Positions 60,824 through 64,000 of a stretch of DNA of 64,000 nt are shown here, one piece after another; the stretch's first letter is position 1, and the number at the start of each line of letters is the position of its first letter. A program made the position numbers and the translations under genes. The DNA lies in contig JBBIRS010000004.1 in the NCBI GenBank assembly GCA_037441675.1, positions 112,058-176,057 of the forward strand. Direction: 5' to 3'. Source of the DNA: Planctomycetales bacterium (GTDB lineage: Bacteria; 4484-113). The notes beneath the pieces are model-generated. The model did no database searches and was not told the origin of the DNA. It saw nothing but the letters and a program-made list of their open reading frames with translations.

Positions 60824-62695
60824 CTATGGCTTAACAAGTAAGTAGCCCTGCATTTCCTGGTGAAGAGCGGAGCAAAAGTTTGTGCAATAGAATGGATAGA
60901 CCCCGGCCTTATTGGCAACAAATTCAACCGTCTTAGTCTCGCCTGGGTCAATTACTACGTTGATATTATACTCGTTAATGGCAAAGCCGTGAAGCTCATC
61001 CGTAGTCTGCTCAATGTTCGTAATGTAAATGGTGACCTTATCTCCACGATACACCTCAATGGCATCAGGTTGAAAATTGCTACGAACCGCGATCATCTTG
61101 ACAGTAACGTTATTACCCTCGCGGGTAATTCCAGCATCCTTCACATCCCAGATTGCCATTGGATGCTTGTTCTCCTCTTTAGGATAAACTTCAATGGGTT
61201 TGAGTAAGTCTGCTGGACAGGCTTGTGCGTAATGGGGCTCTGGCTCAGTGAACGCGTCGTAGAGTAGCACCATTTTTTCACCGGTTATGTCAATCAACTG
61301 GCTAGCCTCCGGCTGCGATGGTCCGACGCTTAGATGACGCCCGTGAGAAAGCTTATTTAGCGCAAGTAAATATTTCCCGTAAGGCTCAGATGAATCCCCC
61401 CCTGGAACCAACAGGTGACCTATATTGTAGGAAACTGGAATTTTATCTACAACTTCCCACGTGCCTAGCTTCCATTTCGTTATTGCGCTATCAACGAAGA
61501 GACTTGTGTAGGCAAAACCCTTATCGTCAAACTGAGTGTGCAAAGGACCAAGACCCACCTCAACTTGAGCTTCTCTAACTGAATCAAAGTTTAGAACTGG
61601 CAAGCCATCCTCTTCACCCTTGACGTCATTGTTCTGAATGGCGGCAAGCATTTTGTCAAAGTTAAAGACAGTAGTGGTATTAACTAACTTACCAGAGGCG
61701 ACAATCCACTTGCCATCTGGGCTAATATCAACACCATGCGGACTTTTACCTACGGGAAGAAGGTATGCAAATCCCTTCACCTCTTTAGGATCAAGAACTG
61801 AAACTCCGCCAATATTCTTTGCCTTGCCCTCGCTAACAAGCCTTTCCGCCTCCTTCCAATTCAGTGCAAGGACGTAATCCATTTCGTTCTGGCTAGAGGT
61901 AACTTCAAGTTTGCCCGTGGCGCGCTCGGAGTTATAACACGTCCAAAATGCCCAGTCCTTGCTTACGTTCTTTCCAGTCGCTCCCAAGTCCCAGTTGAAC
62001 GGCGGAGTTAGAACTTGCCAACCAAGGCTCATCTCGCCAGTTGTAGCGTCAACCTTGATGGCGCCAACTACACCATTGTAACCACCAGCGTACTCAGAGA
62101 TGGGTTTGTAAGTGCCCTTTGGAATGGGAATGGAAAATCTGGATGCTACTAGCACATACTCAGTGTTATTGGTGACAAAGGATGAGCAGTGGTTGCCGGA
62201 AATGTTTTGAAGTGGTCCGATTATCTGCTTTGTCTTGAAATCCTTTAAGTCAATGCGCGCAACGCGGTTATTTGCATTATCGGAGACAAATAGCCATCTG
62301 CCATCATACTTACCATCCGTTCTTGATAGCGATGGATGGTGAACGTCTCCCCAGGTAAATCCACCAAGCATTTCTTTGCTATCCTTATCAAAGCCGTATC
62401 CAGTTGAGGGATAAGGAGTGAAAACTGGGATTGTAGCGATATGGCGCATTGAGGGGATACCTGCTACGAAAACCTGGCCGGAGTGTCCACCGCTGTAAAA
62501 GAGATAAAACTCATCTAAATCGCCGGGCGCGACATAACTTTTTACCGCTGCCTCAGCAGTCGTGCCAAGACCTCGCGCCCCAGTGCGTGCGCCCTGTGGG
62601 GCTGGCTTACAACCAATTAATAGCACGCCAATTACCCCAGCAAACACAACCACACAAATTAACCAATTCAGTAGTTGTTTTTGATTACTTTTCAT
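60824..62695 (-). CDS. nosZ: Clade II (Sec-pathway-exported) nitrous oxide reductase
   Basis: SGGHSGQ, DVHH, GNH, SPHG, LGPLHT, GH and EPH CuZ motifs; CuA CTNFCSALHQEM; no twin-Arg motif, LIGC lipobox. Confidence 0.96.
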   Translation of the reverse strand: MKSNQKQLLNWLICVVVFAGVIGVLLIGCKPAPQGARTGARGLGTTAEAAVKSYVAPGDLDEFYLFYSGGHSGQVFVAGIPSMRHIATIPVFTPYPSTGYGFDKDSKEMLGGFTWGDVHHPSLSRTDGKYDGRWLFVSDNANNRVARIDLKDFKTKQIIGPLQNISGNHCSSFVTNNTEYVLVASRFSIPIPKGTYKPISEYAGGYNGVVGAIKVDATTGEMSLGWQVLTPPFNWDLGATGKNVSKDWAFWTCYNSERATGKLEVTSSQNEMDYVLALNWKEAERLVSEGKAKNIGGVSVLDPKEVKGFAYLLPVGKSPHGVDISPDGKWIVASGKLVNTTTVFNFDKMLAAIQNNDVKGEEDGLPVLNFDSVREAQVEVGLGPLHTQFDDKGFAYTSLFVDSAITKWKLGTWEVVDKIPVSYNIGHLLVPGGDSSEPYGKYLLALNKLSHGRHLSVGPSQPEASQLIDITGEKMVLLYDAFTEPEPHYAQACPADLLKPIEVYPKEENKHPMAIWDVKDAGITREGNNVTVKMIAVRSNFQPDAIEVYRGDKVTIYITNIEQTTDELHGFAINEYNINVVIDPGETKTVEFVANKAGVYPFYCTNFCSALHQEMQGYLLVKP

Positions 62696-62761
62696 TTTTC
62701 ATCTCCTCCTAAAAAATCTCTAAAAATAAGAATGTTTCCTCCTAAGGAGTTCATATTGAGC

Positions 62762-63961
62762 CTATTTAGTTTTCTCTTTCTCTGAGGTTTCAGACTTTGC
62801 CGAGACAAAAAGTTCATAAGCCCGTTTAAGTTTGCTTATAGCCTCTTTCCTCTCCGCTTCGGTTAACTTTATCTGAGTCCCTAGAACCACCGACATAGTC
62901 CCGGTAGGCTCCATTAAGAAATCATCAAGAGTTCTCCCGAAGCGTGCGGGGACGTCTTCTACTGCGTTAGCGAGGTCGGGTCCAATTTGCGCTGCGGACT
63001 TGATGCCAAAAACGCTTATGGAGTGGCAGATAAAGCAACCTTTCTCCACAAAGAAAGCACCCTCGCCTTCCCGCATCCTCCTCTCCTCCTCAAGCTCCTC
63101 TGGCGTTGGCACATCTTTTAACTCAACTCCAGCGAGGTAATTGGCAGGAACATTCTCTCGTTTCCAGCTCAAAACAATTAGCGCAAGCGATTGCGCGTCC
63201 CGTGTGGAGAAATTAAAGTTTGGCATAACGGTATCGGGTGAAACTGACTTGGGGTTTTGCAGGTGAGCAACATGCCAAGCAAAGGCTGAACGCGTTCCAA
63301 GAATGCGGGAGTAGTCGTACTGCTCCGGGTTCTTATCACCAACGTAAGTTAGGTCTGGACCAATAATACCCCCTCGACCGTTGATTACATGGCAGGCTCT
63401 ACAACCCTTCTCCTTCACTAGCTTCTTTGCGTTGTTGATGTAATCCATTCCAGGGGTTTCCTTGTCATAGCGATGGCAGACGTTGCACCTAATCTCCATA
63501 AGTGCTGATGGTTTGTCTATTTGGTAAATTTCCGCGAGATACGAACCAAGAAGAGGTTCTTCCCAGTGCTCAACAAATCCGTGCGCGGACTTAGTATTGG
63601 TAGCATAACCTTGTCCACCATGACAGATGGTGCATCCGTATTTCTCAACGGGGTGAATTTGAAGAATTTCAGCTGGATGCGCGTTGTATGGATTGTCTGC
63701 ATTCTCAAGCCCTTTCCAGAAAAGCCCCTGATGACAGGTAATACATCTATCCACGCGGTTCAGCTCAGAAATGAAGATTTGCTGAATGCCTCTTGGTATT
63801 TGGGTTACTATCTCTTCGCCGAACTTCTCCGCTACCAACGCCCTGAAAGATTCCTGATAGTATCTGTACTCAGGTTGAGCAGAATCCCAGAAAAGATAGA
63901 AAGTGAAAAGAAATACCGCTATGGAAACCACGTAAATAAAAATGTTGTCCTTTACATTCAT
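62762..63961 (-). CDS. Membrane-anchored pentahaem c-type cytochrome
   Basis: CITCH, CTICH, CNVCH, CRACH and CFICH; GPDL motifs; N-terminal TM; start MNVKDN after an AGGTGA SD. Confidence 0.85.
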   Translation of the reverse strand: MNVKDNIFIYVVSIAVFLFTFYLFWDSAQPEYRYYQESFRALVAEKFGEEIVTQIPRGIQQIFISELNRVDRCITCHQGLFWKGLENADNPYNAHPAEILQIHPVEKYGCTICHGGQGYATNTKSAHGFVEHWEEPLLGSYLAEIYQIDKPSALMEIRCNVCHRYDKETPGMDYINNAKKLVKEKGCRACHVINGRGGIIGPDLTYVGDKNPEQYDYSRILGTRSAFAWHVAHLQNPKSVSPDTVMPNFNFSTRDAQSLALIVLSWKRENVPANYLAGVELKDVPTPEELEEERRMREGEGAFFVEKGCFICHSISVFGIKSAAQIGPDLANAVEDVPARFGRTLDDFLMEPTGTMSVVLGTQIKLTEAERKEAISKLKRAYELFVSAKSETSEKEKTK

Positions 63962-63969
63962 AACATCAC

Positions 63970-64000
63970 CTAGATTCGTACTGGCGTGGAGGGCCAAGTC
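63970..64000 (-). CDS. C-terminal tail of an upstream gene (truncated by the window)
   Basis: Another frame reads TWPSTPVRI* with TAG at 63970-72 overlapping the SD of the cytochrome gene. Confidence 0.35.
   Translation of the reverse strand, partial: TWPSTPVRI

Overview
Bacterial chromosomal window of moderate GC from a lineage I cannot name; the gene content (phoH next to a 7TM-HD protein, rapZ, Ycf46-like AAA ATPase) is loosely Terrabacteria-like. About 1-47 kb is mostly housekeeping: aconitase, phoH, nadK, selB, dxr, hbd, rapZ, hemE, clpX, dnaX, uppS and purQ. It also has signalling genes, a large dockerin/PKD/PQQ-propeller lipoprotein and two apparently catalytically dead DNA adenine methyltransferase homologues: one fused to tandem winged-helix repeats, the other translationally coupled to a nadK-GGDEF-HD-GYP operon. 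About 47.9-55.7 kb is a decaying accessory patch (DUF899, PKD lipoprotein, CDGSH and DinB pseudogenes, a nadA 3' relic) around an intact HxlR/protoglobin divergon and nadA. About 55.7-64 kb is a clade II N2O-reductase cluster (pentahaem cytochrome c, nosZ, nosB, nosD, nosF, nosL, nosY). It is followed by a peroxiredoxin that the ORF track splits at an in-frame UGA at the peroxidatic Cys position, with a SECIS-like hairpin, so very probably a selenoprotein (selB is in the same window). Many housekeeping genes have a -10 box only 6-9 nt upstream of the start codon, suggesting leaderless mRNAs. I recognised no rRNA, tRNA, CRISPR array or IS element. All family calls come from motif recognition by eye, not from database searches.
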